Of a stretch of 64,000 bases of DNA, positions 1-11,255 are shown in pieces. Each line of letters opens with the position of its first letter. The first letter of the stretch is position 1. The notes under the pieces are model-generated. The model ran no database searches. It was given only the letters and a program-made list of their open reading frames with translations, and had not been told where the DNA came from. Location: assembly GCF_050920415.1 (NCBI RefSeq), contig NZ_CP169309.1. One strand, given 5' to 3'. Origin of the DNA: Escherichia coli (lineage in GTDB: Bacteria > Pseudomonadota > Gammaproteobacteria > Enterobacterales > Enterobacteriaceae). Position numbers and translations under genes: made by a program.

Positions 1-902
1 CCTATGTGGCGGTTTCGGCATTGAGCGCAGGAGTGATCACGCGTAATACGACGCTGTTTGACCCAGGCTGGTGGCAACTGCCAGGTTCGGAAAAACGTTA
101 CCGTGACTGGAAAAAATGGGGCCACGGGCGTCTGAATGTCACAAGATCGCTGGAAGAATCTGCGGATACCTTCTTCTATCAGGTGGCCTACGATATGGGA
201 ATCGATCGCCTCTCCGAATGGATGGGTAAATTCGGTTATGGTCATTACACCGGTATCGACCTGGCGGAAGAACGTTCCGGCAACATGCCTACCCGTGAAT
301 GGAAACAGAAACGCTTTAAAAAACCGTGGTATCAGGGTGACACCATTCCGGTTGGTATCGGTCAGGGTTACTGGACAGCGACCCCAATCCAGATGAGTAA
401 GGCACTGATGATCCTGATTAATGACGGTATCGTGAAAGTTCCACATTTGCTGATGAGCACCGCCGAAGACGGCAAACAGGTGCCATGGGTACAACCGCAT
501 GAACCGCCCGTCGGCGATATTCATTCCGGTTACTGGGAGCTGGCGAAAGACGGTATGTACGGTGTTGCTAACCGCCCTAACGGTACGGCGCATAAATACT
601 TTGCCAGCGCACCGTACAAAATTGCGGCGAAATCTGGTACCGCTCAGGTCTTCGGTCTGAAAGCGAACGAAACCTATAATGCGCACAAAATTGCCGAGCG
701 TTTACGTGACCACAAACTGATGACAGCCTTTGCGCCATACAACAATCCGCAAGTGGCTGTCGCCATGATTCTGGAGAACGGTGGCGCGGGTCCGGCGGTT
801 GGTACGCTGATGCGCCAGATCCTCGACCACATTATGCTGGGTGATAACAACACCGATCTGCCTGCGGAAAATCCAGCGGTTGCCGCAGCGGAGGACCATT
901 AA
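1..902 (+). CDS. mrdA: Peptidoglycan D,D-transpeptidase MrdA (PBP2), C-terminal ~300 aa; 5' end lies outside the window
   Basis: Open frame from window edge to stop at 900-902; translation matches PBP2 transpeptidase C-terminus; followed 2 nt later by rodA as in the mrdAB operon. Confidence 0.93.
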   Translation, partial: YVAVSALSAGVITRNTTLFDPGWWQLPGSEKRYRDWKKWGHGRLNVTRSLEESADTFFYQVAYDMGIDRLSEWMGKFGYGHYTGIDLAEERSGNMPTREWKQKRFKKPWYQGDTIPVGIGQGYWTATPIQMSKALMILINDGIVKVPHLLMSTAEDGKQVPWVQPHEPPVGDIHSGYWELAKDGMYGVANRPNGTAHKYFASAPYKIAAKSGTAQVFGLKANETYNAHKIAERLRDHKLMTAFAPYNNPQVAVAMILENGGAGPAVGTLMRQILDHIMLGDNNTDLPAENPAVAAAEDH

Positions 903-904
903 TC

Positions 905-2017
905 ATGACGGATAATCCGAATAAAAAAACATTCTGGGATAAAGTCCATCTCGATCCCACAATGCTGCTGATCTTACTGGCATTGCTGGTTTACAGCGCC
1001 CTGGTTATCTGGAGCGCCAGCGGTCAGGATATTGGCATGATGGAGCGTAAAATCGGCCAAATCGCGATGGGTCTGGTCATCATGGTGGTGATGGCGCAAA
1101 TTCCTCCACGCGTTTATGAAGGCTGGGCCCCCTATCTCTATATCATCTGTATTATTTTGCTGGTGGCGGTAGATGCTTTCGGTGCCATCTCTAAAGGTGC
1201 TCAACGCTGGCTGGACCTCGGTATTGTTCGTTTTCAGCCGTCGGAAATTGCCAAAATAGCCGTACCACTGATGGTTGCGCGCTTTATCAACCGCGACGTT
1301 TGCCCGCCATCGTTGAAGAACACTGGCATCGCGCTGGTGCTGATATTTATGCCCACGCTGCTGGTGGCTGCACAGCCTGACCTGGGAACATCAATCCTCG
1401 TTGCGCTTTCTGGTCTGTTTGTACTGTTCCTCTCTGGCCTTAGCTGGCGTCTGATTGGCGTCGCAGTAGTGCTGGTAGCGGCGTTCATTCCGATTCTGTG
1501 GTTCTTCCTGATGCATGATTACCAGCGCCAGCGCGTAATGATGCTCCTGGACCCGGAATCAGACCCACTCGGCGCGGGCTATCACATTATTCAGTCTAAA
1601 ATTGCTATTGGCTCCGGCGGATTACGCGGCAAAGGCTGGCTGCATGGCACTCAGTCACAACTTGAATTTCTACCCGAACGCCATACCGACTTTATCTTCG
1701 CGGTACTGGCGGAAGAGCTGGGATTAGTGGGCATTTTGATTCTGCTCGCTCTCTACATTCTGCTGATCATGCGCGGGCTGTGGATAGCCGCCAGAGCGCA
1801 AACCACCTTTGGTCGCGTCATGGCTGGCGGCTTAATGCTGATATTATTCGTTTATGTCTTCGTAAATATTGGTATGGTAAGCGGTATTCTGCCGGTTGTA
1901 GGGGTTCCGCTCCCACTGGTCAGTTATGGAGGATCGGCGCTAATTGTGCTGATGGCTGGGTTCGGGATTGTAATGTCAATCCACACCCACAGGAAAATGT
2001 TGTCGAAAAGCGTGTAA
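905..2017 (+). CDS. mrdB: SEDS-family peptidoglycan glycosyltransferase RodA
   Basis: 370-aa polytopic membrane ORF; sequence and synteny (after mrdA, before rlpA) match RodA. Confidence 0.95.
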   Translation: MTDNPNKKTFWDKVHLDPTMLLILLALLVYSALVIWSASGQDIGMMERKIGQIAMGLVIMVVMAQIPPRVYEGWAPYLYIICIILLVAVDAFGAISKGAQRWLDLGIVRFQPSEIAKIAVPLMVARFINRDVCPPSLKNTGIALVLIFMPTLLVAAQPDLGTSILVALSGLFVLFLSGLSWRLIGVAVVLVAAFIPILWFFLMHDYQRQRVMMLLDPESDPLGAGYHIIQSKIAIGSGGLRGKGWLHGTQSQLEFLPERHTDFIFAVLAEELGLVGILILLALYILLIMRGLWIAARAQTTFGRVMAGGLMLILFVYVFVNIGMVSGILPVVGVPLPLVSYGGSALIVLMAGFGIVMSIHTHRKMLSKSV

Positions 2018-2027
2018 GAGGTGCGCA

Positions 2028-3116
2028 ATGCGTAAGCAGTGGCTCGGGATCTGCATCGCGGCAGGAATGCTCGCGGCATGTACAAGCGATGATGGTCAGC
2101 AACAGACGGTAAGTGTACCGCAGCCTGCGGTATGTAACGGCCCCATAGTTGAAATTAGCGGGGCGGACCCGCGTTTCGAACCACTGAACGCGACGGCAAA
2201 TCAGGATTACCAGCGCGATGGTAAAAGCTACAAAATCGTGCAGGATCCGTCTCGATTTAGCCAGGCGGGACTGGCGGCAATCTATGATGCCGAACCAGGC
2301 AGTAACCTGACGGCCTCTGGCGAAGCTTTCGATCCGACACAGCTGACGGCGGCCCATCCAACGCTTCCGATCCCCAGCTACGCCAGAATCACTAACCTGG
2401 CTAACGGGCGAATGATCGTGGTGCGCATTAATGATCGCGGTCCTTATGGCAACGACCGCGTTATTTCGCTTTCTCGCGCAGCAGCTGACCGTCTTAACAC
2501 GTCAAACAACACCAAAGTTCGTATCGATCCGATTATTGTCGCCCAGGATGGTTCGCTTTCTGGTCCTGGTATGGCTTGTACCACAGTCGCCAAACAGACT
2601 TACGCCCTGCCTGCACCTCCCGATTTAAGCGGCGGCGCAGGAACAAGTTCAGTGTCTGGCCCGCAGGGTGACATTCTTCCGGTCAGTAATTCGACGCTAA
2701 AAAGCGAAGATCCGACTGGCGCGCCGGTAACCAGCAGCGGTTTCCTCGGCGCACCAACGACCTTAGCGCCTGGTGTTCTGGAAGGCAGCGAACCAACGCC
2801 TGCACCACAGCCCGTTGTTACAGCTCCCTCGACAACGCCTGCAACCTCGCCTGCAATGGTGACACCGCAAGCCGCCTCGCAAAGCGCTAGCGGCAACTTT
2901 ATGGTGCAAGTTGGGGCAGTAAGCGATCAGGCGCGTGCGCAACAGTACCAACAGCAACTGGGACAGAAGTTCGGCGTCCCCGGTCGCGTAACTCAAAATG
3001 GCGCGGTCTGGCGGATCCAGCTTGGCCCATTCGCCAGCAAAGCCGAAGCCAGTACCTTGCAGCAACGTTTGCAAACCGAAGCCCAATTGCAGTCATTTAT
3101 TACCACCGCGCAGTAG
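2028..3116 (+). CDS. rlpA: Rare lipoprotein A (lytic transglycosylase, C-terminal SPOR domain)
   Basis: 362-aa ORF with lipoprotein signal (..LAACTSD), Pro/Thr/Ala-rich linker and SPOR-like C-terminus; synteny. Confidence 0.93.
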   Translation: MRKQWLGICIAAGMLAACTSDDGQQQTVSVPQPAVCNGPIVEISGADPRFEPLNATANQDYQRDGKSYKIVQDPSRFSQAGLAAIYDAEPGSNLTASGEAFDPTQLTAAHPTLPIPSYARITNLANGRMIVVRINDRGPYGNDRVISLSRAAADRLNTSNNTKVRIDPIIVAQDGSLSGPGMACTTVAKQTYALPAPPDLSGGAGTSSVSGPQGDILPVSNSTLKSEDPTGAPVTSSGFLGAPTTLAPGVLEGSEPTPAPQPVVTAPSTTPATSPAMVTPQAASQSASGNFMVQVGAVSDQARAQQYQQQLGQKFGVPGRVTQNGAVWRIQLGPFASKAEASTLQQRLQTEAQLQSFITTAQ

Positions 3117-3255
3117 CGTAAAGCAGGCATCTGATGTGTCAATTTCTGTAAATGACGTTAACAAAGTCACGCGGAAAGTCAGATGCCTGCCGGTAGTGCA
3201 TTTGCTATAGTAGGGCACTTTTTTTAATTCCATCACGGATGTCGTAGTTCAGACC

Positions 3256-4467
3256 ATGAATACCATTTTTTCCGCTCGTATCATGAAGCGCCTGGCGCTC
3301 ACCACGGCTCTTTGCACAGCCTTTATCTCTGCTGCACATGCCGATGACCTGAATATCAAAACTATGATCCCGGGTGTACCGCAGATCGATGCGGAGTCCT
3401 ACATCCTGATTGACTATAACTCGGGCAAAGTGCTCGCCGAACAGAACGCAGATGTCCGCCGCGATCCTGCCAGTCTGACCAAAATGATGACCAGTTACGT
3501 TATCGGCCAGGCAATGAAAGCCGGTAAATTTAAAGAAACTGATTTAGTCACCATCGGCAACGACGCATGGGCCACCGGTAACCCGGTATTTAAAGGTTCT
3601 TCGCTGATGTTCCTCAAACCGGGCATGCAGGTTCCGGTTTCTCAGCTGATCCGCGGTATTAACCTGCAATCGGGTAACGATGCTTGCGTCGCCATGGCCG
3701 ATTTTGCCGCTGGTAGCCAGGACGCTTTTGTTGGCTTGATGAACAGCTACGTTAACGCACTGGGCCTGAAAAACACTCACTTCCAGACCGTGCACGGTCT
3801 CGACGCTGACGGTCAGTACAGCTCCGCGCGAGATATGGCGCTGATCGGCCAGGCGTTGATCCGTGACGTACCGAATGAATACTCGATCTATAAAGAAAAA
3901 GAATTTACGTTTAACGGTATTCGCCAGCTGAACCGTAACGGCCTGTTATGGGATAACAGCCTGAATGTCGACGGCATCAAAACCGGACACACTGACAAAG
4001 CAGGTTACAACCTTGTTGCTTCTGCGACTGAAGGCCAGATGCGCTTGATCTCTGCGGTGATGGGCGGACGTACTTTTAAAGGCCGTGAAGCCGAAAGTAA
4101 AAAACTGCTAACCTGGGGCTTCCGTTTCTTCGAAACCGTTAACCCACTGAAAGTAGGTAAAGAGTTCGCCTCTGAACCGGTTTGGTTTGGTGATTCTGAT
4201 CGCGCTTCGTTAGGTGTTGATAAAGACGTGTACCTGACCATTCCGCGTGGCCGCATGAAAGATCTGAAAGCCAGCTATGTGCTGAACAGCAGTGAATTGC
4301 ATGCGCCGCTGCAAAAGAATCAGGTCGTCGGTACTATCAACTTCCAGCTTGATGGCAAAACGATCGAACAACGCCCGCTGGTTGTGCTGCAAGAAATCCC
4401 GGAAGGCAACTTCTTCGGCAAAATCATTGATTACATTAAGTTAATGTTCCATCACTGGTTTGGTTAA
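3256..4467 (+). CDS. dacA: D-alanyl-D-alanine carboxypeptidase DacA (PBP5)
   Basis: 403-aa ORF with signal peptide and SxxK active-site motif (ASLTK); synteny. Confidence 0.95.
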
Positions 4468-4576
4468 AAATCGAACACTTGAAAGTGTGATTTCCGCCCC
4501 CATATACTAAGCATCAGTAAAAAACTCCCGCCTTCTGGCGGGAGTTGCTATTTAATTACGTTACGCCGGAGCTGAC

Positions 4577-4840
4577 ATGAAAACCAAACTTAACGAACTG
4601 CTTGAATTCCCTACTCCTTTTACTTACAAAGTTATGGGGCAGGCGTTACCTGAGCTGGTTGATCAGGTGGTTGAAGTGGTACAGCGCCATGCGCCAGGTG
4701 ACTACACCCCAACGGTAAAACCAAGCAGCAAAGGCAACTACCACTCGGTATCTATCACTATCAACGCCACTCATATTGAGCAGGTTGAAACACTGTATGA
4801 AGAACTGGGCAAAATCGATATTGTCCGCATGGTTCTGTAA
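4577..4840 (+). CDS. ybeD: UPF0250 family protein YbeD
   Basis: 87-aa ORF between dacA and lipB; matches YbeD. Confidence 0.9.
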
Positions 4841-4940
4841 CTCGCGTATTCTTTACCCGGCCCCTGGTCGGGTAACTCCCCTCTCCTCGCTGTGATATAC
4901 TTTTCCCCCACTTTTACTCATTCTCCACGGAGATGCCGTT

Positions 4941-5582
4941 TTGTATCAGGATAAAATTCTTGTCCGCCAGCTCGGTCTTCAGCCTTACGAGCCAATCTCC
5001 CAGGCTATGCATGAATTCACCGATACCCGCGATGAAAGTACCCTTGATGAAATCTGGCTGGTCGAGCACTATCCGGTATTCACCCAAGGGCAGGCAGGAA
5101 AAGCGGAGCACATTTTAATGCCGGGCGATATTCCGGTGATCCAAAGCGATCGCGGTGGGCAGGTGACTTATCACGGGCCGGGGCAACAGGTGATGTATGT
5201 GTTGCTTAACCTGAAACGCCGTAAACTCGGTGTGCGTGAACTGGTGACCTTGCTCGAGCAAACAGTGGTGAATACCCTGGCTGAACTGGGTATAGAAGCA
5301 CATCCTCGGGCTGACGCGCCTGGTGTCTATGTCGGGGAAAAGAAAATTTGCTCACTGGGTTTACGTATTCGACGCGGTTGTTCATTCCACGGTCTGGCAT
5401 TAAACGTCAATATGGATCTTTCACCATTTTTACGTATTAATCCTTGTGGGTATGCCGGAATGGAAATGGCTAAAATATCACAATGGAGACCCGAAGCGAC
5501 GACTAATAATATTGCACCACGTTTACTGGAAAATATTTTAGCGCTACTAAACAATCCTGACTTCGAATATATTACCGCTTAA
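4941..5582 (+). CDS. lipB: Octanoyltransferase LipB (TTG start)
   Basis: 213-aa ORF starting at TTG 4941; sequence and synteny match LipB. Confidence 0.92.
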   Translation: MYQDKILVRQLGLQPYEPISQAMHEFTDTRDESTLDEIWLVEHYPVFTQGQAGKAEHILMPGDIPVIQSDRGGQVTYHGPGQQVMYVLLNLKRRKLGVRELVTLLEQTVVNTLAELGIEAHPRADAPGVYVGEKKICSLGLRIRRGCSFHGLALNVNMDLSPFLRINPCGYAGMEMAKISQWRPEATTNNIAPRLLENILALLNNPDFEYITA

Positions 5583-5841
5583 TTGCATACATCAATGGCC
5601 CAATTTACACTGGGTCATTACTCATAATACCTGCTAATGCTTTACATCTCCTTCGCGTTTGTATATTTTCTTTATCACTTGCAGAAATGCGATGCTACGC
5701 CTTGCTCCGTAACTCACCCCATTGATTAACTTATTGAAATAGTTGATTATGGTGAGCAAAAGCGTTCCGTTCCAATTAGACATAAGATTATTGTAATTTT
5801 TTTAAATATTATTTTTCCATGAATAAAATTGGAGTAAGTGC

Positions 5842-6795
5842 GTGGATAGTAATAATCAAATTGAAACCTGTTTAAGCAGAAAGTCGTCAGAAGGTAAACC
5901 ACAAATATTTACAACCTTACGAAATATTGATCTTAACCTTCTGACTATTTTTGAAGCTGTGTATGTGCATAAAGGGATCGTTAATGCAGCGAAAGTGCTT
6001 AATCTGACACCCTCAGCAATCAGTCAGTCTATTCAGAAACTGCGCGTTATATTCCCTGACCCATTGTTTATTCGCAAAGGCCAGGGCGTCACTCCTACTG
6101 CATTTGCAATGCATTTGCATGAGTATATCAGTCAGGGCCTTGAATCCATTCTCGGCGCGCTGGATATCGAAGGAACCTATGATAAGCAACGAACGATAAC
6201 TATCGCGACCACCCCCTCGGTCGGAGCCCTGGTCCTTCCAGTCATCTATCGGGCGATTAAAACTCATTATCCGCAGCTTTTACTGCGCAACCCCCCTATC
6301 AGCGACGCGGAAAGCCAACTCAGTCAGTTTCAAACCGATCTCATCATTGATAACATGTTCTGCACCAATCGTACGGTACAACATCATGTTCTGTTCACCG
6401 ACAATATGGTGTTAATTTGCCGCGAGGGAAATTCGCTACTCTCCTTAGAAGATGACAGAGAGACTATCGAAAACGCTGCACATGTACTCCTGTTACCGGA
6501 AGGGCAAAATTTCAGCGGTTTGCGGCAGAGAGTTCAAGAGATGTTTCCGGACCGACAAATCAGTTTTACCAGCTACAACATTCTCACAATCGCTGCACTG
6601 GTTGCCAACAGTGACATGTTAGCGATTATTCCCAGCCGTTTTTATAATCTGTTTAGCCGTTGCTGGCCGCTGGAAAAGCTGCCTTTTCCGTCCTTAAATG
6701 AGGAGCAAATTGATTTCTCTATCCACTACAACAAATTCAGCCTGCGCGATCCTATCCTGCATGGGGTTATAGATGTTATCCGTAATGCATTTTGA
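5842..6795 (+). CDS. ybeF: LysR-family transcriptional regulator YbeF
   Basis: 317-aa ORF (GTG start) with N-terminal LysR-type HTH; AT-rich coding sequence; synteny between lipB and lipA. Confidence 0.9.
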   Translation: MDSNNQIETCLSRKSSEGKPQIFTTLRNIDLNLLTIFEAVYVHKGIVNAAKVLNLTPSAISQSIQKLRVIFPDPLFIRKGQGVTPTAFAMHLHEYISQGLESILGALDIEGTYDKQRTITIATTPSVGALVLPVIYRAIKTHYPQLLLRNPPISDAESQLSQFQTDLIIDNMFCTNRTVQHHVLFTDNMVLICREGNSLLSLEDDRETIENAAHVLLLPEGQNFSGLRQRVQEMFPDRQISFTSYNILTIAALVANSDMLAIIPSRFYNLFSRCWPLEKLPFPSLNEEQIDFSIHYNKFSLRDPILHGVIDVIRNAF

Positions 6796-7003
6796 GAAAG
6801 CGTTGTTACAGCCAGTTCACAGCGCAGCACGATAAAATGGCACAATCCAACAACAATTTTACATTTTCGCGACCGCTTTGGCTGCTTTCAAGCGCGTTTC
6901 AATGATATACTGCCAGTCGTTAATTCAAAAATAGTTGATAATTACAACAATCTATTGAATTGAAACGCTTTCCTTCGTAATTCGCAACTGGAACACGCAC
7001 GCT

Positions 7004-7969
7004 ATGAGTAAACCCATTGTGATGGAACGCGGTGTTAAATACCGCGATGCCGATAAGATGGCCCTTATCCCGGTTAAAAACGTGGCAACAGAGCGCGAAG
7101 CCCTGCTGCGCAAGCCGGAATGGATGAAAATCAAGCTTCCAGCGGACTCTACACGTATCCAGGGCATCAAAGCCGCAATGCGCAAAAATGGCCTGCATTC
7201 TGTCTGCGAGGAAGCCTCCTGCCCTAACCTGGCGGAATGCTTCAACCATGGCACAGCAACGTTTATGATCCTCGGCGCTATTTGTACCCGCCGTTGTCCG
7301 TTCTGTGACGTTGCCCACGGTCGCCCGGTAGCTCCAGATGCCAATGAACCAGTGAAACTGGCGCAGACCATTGCCGATATGGCGCTGCGTTATGTGGTTA
7401 TCACCTCCGTTGACCGTGATGACCTGCGCGATGGCGGTGCCCAGCACTTTGCGGATTGCATTACTGCCATTCGGGAAAAAAGCCCGCAAATCAAAATTGA
7501 AACTCTGGTGCCGGATTTCCGCGGTCGTATGGATCGTGCTCTGGATATTCTGACCGCCACACCACCAGATGTGTTCAACCATAACCTGGAAAACGTACCG
7601 CGTATTTACCGTCAGGTACGGCCTGGTGCAGATTACAACTGGTCGCTGAAGCTGCTGGAACGCTTTAAAGAAGCGCATCCGGAAATCCCGACCAAGTCTG
7701 GTCTGATGGTGGGTCTGGGTGAAACCAATGAAGAAATTATTGAGGTAATGCGCGACCTGCGCCGTCATGGTGTGACGATGCTAACGCTGGGGCAATATTT
7801 GCAGCCAAGCCGCCATCACCTGCCGGTTCAACGTTACGTTAGCCCGGATGAGTTCGACGAAATGAAAGCCGAAGCGCTGGCGATGGGCTTTACCCATGCT
7901 GCATGCGGTCCGTTTGTCCGCTCGTCTTACCACGCCGATTTGCAGGCGAAAGGGATGGAAGTTAAGTAA
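7004..7969 (+). CDS. lipA: Lipoyl synthase LipA (radical SAM)
   Basis: 321-aa ORF with CxxxCxxC radical-SAM motif (CTRRCPFC) plus the N-terminal Cys cluster. Confidence 0.96.
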
Positions 7970-8000
7970 TCCTGTAATAATTACTTACATCTGTCTGATA

Positions 8001-8030
8001 AAAAACCCGCTGTTTGAAGCGGGTTTTTTG
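8001..8030. terminator. Bidirectional rho-independent terminator between convergent lipA and tatE
   Basis: GC stem aacccgc-tgtttga-agcgggtt flanked by A-run upstream and T-run downstream. Confidence 0.75.
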
Positions 8031-8069
8031 TATCGAACAAGATATTGAGGGAGCGTCCTGCTCGCCACG

Positions 8070-8273
8070 TCACTCTTTATGAGAGAGCTTTTCAGCCTGA
8101 AGATCAACGTCTGCGCCTTTTTTCGCCGCAGCATCGTCATCATTCATCGCCTTCTTGAACCCTTTAATGGCCGCTCCAAGGTCTCCGCCCAGCGTACGTA
8201 ACTTCTTAGTGCCAAACAGCAGAACGACCAGCGCCGCAACTACCAGCAGTTTGGTAATACTAATCTCACCCAT
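8070..8273 (-). CDS. tatE: Twin-arginine translocase subunit TatE
   Basis: 67-aa ORF with N-terminal TM helix ([26 protein letters not shown]), TatA/E family. Confidence 0.93.
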   Translation of the reverse strand: MGEISITKLLVVAALVVLLFGTKKLRTLGGDLGAAIKGFKKAMNDDDAAAKKGADVDLQAEKLSHKE

Positions 8274-8401
8274 AGATACCTTCTTGACATATAACCGGCA
8301 ACAGAACGCGCCTTAAAAACCAGAGAATATTAACGGTCATTCGACGCGCGCACACAATAGCAATCTGTAACAAGGTGAATCAAGCACCGAGTAAAAAAAC
8401 A

Positions 8402-9196
8402 TCATAATAATTGTGGCGGCGCAAAACGACGGTTGTTTAATACTGGAAGTTGCGCGCGCACCTGACGCACTCGTTCAGGCGTCACTTCCGCCATAATAAG
8501 GGCAGGCATTTCTGCCGCCGCCGCAATGGTGACACCAAAGGGATCTATAATCCGACTTTGCCCGATATTTTTGTTCCCGCACTCCCCCGCCGCCACCATA
8601 TAACTGGTAGTATCCAGCGCACGAGCGGCAAGCAACGTTGACCAGTGATGCTCTTTGAGCGGTCCGCGAACCCAGGCCGCGGGAAGTACCAGGATTTCAG
8701 CTCCCTGTAATGCCTGTGCCAGCGCCAGCTCTGGAAAGCGTAAGTCATAACAGGTCATCAGACCAACCTTCATCCCTTCGACCTCCAGTAACGAAGCGAT
8801 TTCGTTACCTGCATCAACATGGCGTGACTCCTGAATGGCAAATGCATCATAGAGATGCAGTTTGGCATAACGGGCGACAATGTTTCCCGCTTGTATGGCC
8901 ACCAGCATATTCCATGCGCGCCCCGGCGTTGAAGGAACATGAATCGTCAGTATTGTCGTCATCATGTTACGTTTACTTTCTCGCCGTAAACGTCCGAGGA
9001 ATTCGCCTTCCAGCAGCTGTGCTGATTTAACCGATAGATCTGCATCATGATCATCACGCGCCAACAATGCTTCCGGCAGGACAAACAGCGAAACGTCGTT
9101 TTCCGCCGCCTGCGCCATCAACGAGGCACAAATCTCAGCGTTCTTTTCCCACACAGATGTAACAGCAAACTGTCCTGCGGCAACCAGCATTGCCAC
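8402..9196 (-). CDS. ybeM: Nitrilase-superfamily C-N hydrolase YbeM, intact reading frame
   Basis: 264-aa uninterrupted ORF; carbon-nitrogen hydrolase fold recognised by sequence; position between tatE and crcB. Confidence 0.85.
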   Translation of the reverse strand: MAMLVAAGQFAVTSVWEKNAEICASLMAQAAENDVSLFVLPEALLARDDHDADLSVKSAQLLEGEFLGRLRRESKRNMMTTILTIHVPSTPGRAWNMLVAIQAGNIVARYAKLHLYDAFAIQESRHVDAGNEIASLLEVEGMKVGLMTCYDLRFPELALAQALQGAEILVLPAAWVRGPLKEHHWSTLLAARALDTTSYMVAAGECGNKNIGQSRIIDPFGVTIAAAAEMPALIMAEVTPERVRQVRAQLPVLNNRRFAPPQLL

Positions 9197-9285
9197 CTCC
9201 TACTGTCAGAGTCGTAAAATTCGCCAACGGCGATTATTCGGCGTTACACTTATCACTCATACAAATCAAATAGCAGGATTTTGCA

Positions 9286-9669
9286 GTGTTACAACTTCTT
9301 TTAGCAGTTTTTATTGGCGGTGGTACGGGAAGCGTGGCGAGATGGCTGTTAAGTATGCGATTTAACCCGCTGCATCAGGCGATTCCGTTGGGGACGCTGG
9401 CTGCAAACCTGATTGGGGCATTCATCATAGGAATGGGATTCGCCTGGTTTAGCAGGATGACGAACATTGATCCAGTGTGGAAAGTATTAATCACCACCGG
9501 ATTTTGTGGCGGTCTAACAACCTTCTCAACATTTTCGGCAGAAGTGGTGTTTTTGTTACAAGAGGGCCGCTTTGGCTGGGCATTACTGAACGTTTTCGTC
9601 AACCTTCTGGGGTCTTTTGCCATGACCGCACTGGCTTTCTGGCTGTTTTCGGCCTCAACCGCAAACTAA
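9286..9669 (+). CDS. crcB: Fluoride ion channel CrcB/FluC (GTG start)
   Basis: 127-aa four-TM ORF; matches CrcB; synteny. Confidence 0.92.
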   Translation: MLQLLLAVFIGGGTGSVARWLLSMRFNPLHQAIPLGTLAANLIGAFIIGMGFAWFSRMTNIDPVWKVLITTGFCGGLTTFSTFSAEVVFLLQEGRFGWALLNVFVNLLGSFAMTALAFWLFSASTAN

Positions 9670-9673
9670 AGAC

Positions 9674-9704
9674 CAAAAAAAACCCGCTGATTAAGCGGGT
9701 TTTG
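9674..9704. terminator. Bidirectional rho-independent terminator between convergent crcB and cspE
   Basis: aaaaaaaacccgct-gatt-aagcgggtttt hairpin with flanking A/T runs. Confidence 0.75.
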
Positions 9705-9722
9705 AATTCTTGCTGACGTATC

Positions 9723-9932
9723 TTACAGAGCGATTACGTTTGCAGCAGAAGGGCCTTTGGCACCGTTAGTGATTTCGAACTCTACGCGCTGACCTTCAGC
9801 AAGAGTTTTAAAACCATTAGTCTGGATTGCAGAGAAGTGTACGAACACGTCTTTGCTGCCGTCTTCCGGAGTAATGAAACCGAATCCTTTGGACTCATTA
9901 AACCACTTAACGTTACCTTTAATCTTAGACAT
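9723..9932 (-). CDS. cspE: Cold-shock-like protein CspE
   Basis: 69-aa [25 protein letters not shown]..; ORF-track N-terminal extension trimmed to the cold-shock-domain start. Confidence 0.96.
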
Positions 9933-10106
9933 CAAAATTACCTTTACATGAAAAATAGACACAAATGCTGTGTCGGTTACCAGTACACCAATTGTGGTAC
10001 GCTTTGTCCAGTGCAACTTTACTAAAAAGTGATAAAAGTCGCGTTATTTTTGATGTTAATTATTTTACTCATTGATTTTAAAGAAGTTACTAAAATTTCA
10101 TTTGTC

Positions 10107-10667
10107 TCAAAACTGAAAGCGCATCCAGGCAAAGTACACATTGCCATTGTTATAGGTACCCGGAATGTAGGTCATCTGAAAAGTCACTGGACCATAACCC
10201 ACAGAGGCCAATGGCAGTAGAACCGGGAGAGGGATGTAATTCCAGTTATCGCGTGCCGTTACGCCAGCGGTGAATCCCAGTCCTAAATGAAAATTTTCAT
10301 CCGCCAGCGGTCGCCAGGTACTTTCCCATCCGTATCCGGCAATCGGTTCCCATTTGTTCCACGAGTCCTTAAATGCCATGGCATACAGGCCATGCCAGTT
10401 TCCTTTTTCATCCCAACGCGACTGACCAAAACCGCCACCCCACGGTCGCTCGTTATAGCGATCGGTTTTTTCTTTGTCGTAAGCGAAACGAGCATGCCAG
10501 GTGATGGCAGGAATATATAAATCATAATGTTCAGGCTGTTGCCAGGTTTGTGTAATATTTTCTCCAAACGTTGTCATCCACTCATCTGCGTTAGCTAAAA
10601 CTTTACCAACGCTGATTAACTGAATAAAAACAAAGGAAAATATAGAGACATATTTACTCACGTTCAT
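10107..10667 (-). CDS. pagP: Lipid A palmitoyltransferase PagP (outer-membrane beta-barrel)
   Basis: 186-aa ORF starting MNVSKYV.. with signal peptide; sequence matches PagP. Confidence 0.93.
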   Translation of the reverse strand: MNVSKYVSIFSFVFIQLISVGKVLANADEWMTTFGENITQTWQQPEHYDLYIPAITWHARFAYDKEKTDRYNERPWGGGFGQSRWDEKGNWHGLYAMAFKDSWNKWEPIAGYGWESTWRPLADENFHLGLGFTAGVTARDNWNYIPLPVLLPLASVGYGPVTFQMTYIPGTYNNGNVYFAWMRFQF

Positions 10668-11255
10668 TTGTGACCATAAAACATTTATCAAAAATCTACT
10701 ATTAGCATAGCAAAACTACAATTAACATAACCTTAATAGACCCAACATGAAGAATAATCTGAATAGCTGTTCTATTTATTTCCGCTTGTTCAAGATAAAT
10801 ATTTCCGCGCATCTATTAAAGATGATGCGTCGTTTTCTGCGATGGGAATAGTCATAAAAGAAAAACCAAGTCTTTTTTGATGACAAAATACAATCAAGAA
10901 AAAATTACTTTATTTTTTAATAAGATACAAAAAACTTCTTAACGAAGAATATATTATATATCGTCAACCTATGCTCATGGTAGATTATTTTTTGAGCGCA
11001 CGCCCGCGGCTAACACCATTGCAATTAACAAATTTGCATCAATCCACCATCAATTTACACACATTATTATGTGATAATTGCCAACCGCTAAATATGCGTT
11101 TTGTTATCTATGTATAAAAACAGCAACTTCAATGTCTTAATGGCAGTTTTTCTTGATTTTAATCAGCATTCACCGCCAATTTATTGGGCATATTTTTTCC
11201 TTAAGTTTTAGGAATTTTTTATTATTTACTTTGGGGCCTGGAGACAGGAAAAATT

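Noticed and set aside
6920-7768. 282-aa minus-strand ORF overlapping lipA
   Set aside because: Antisense to a confidently identified, highly conserved gene; no independent start or RBS context; typical shadow ORF.
10029-10220. 63-aa plus-strand ORF spanning the cspE-pagP spacer and the pagP 3' end
   Set aside because: Overlaps the pagP coding region on the opposite strand, has no RBS, and has a low-complexity hydrophobic start; likely spurious.
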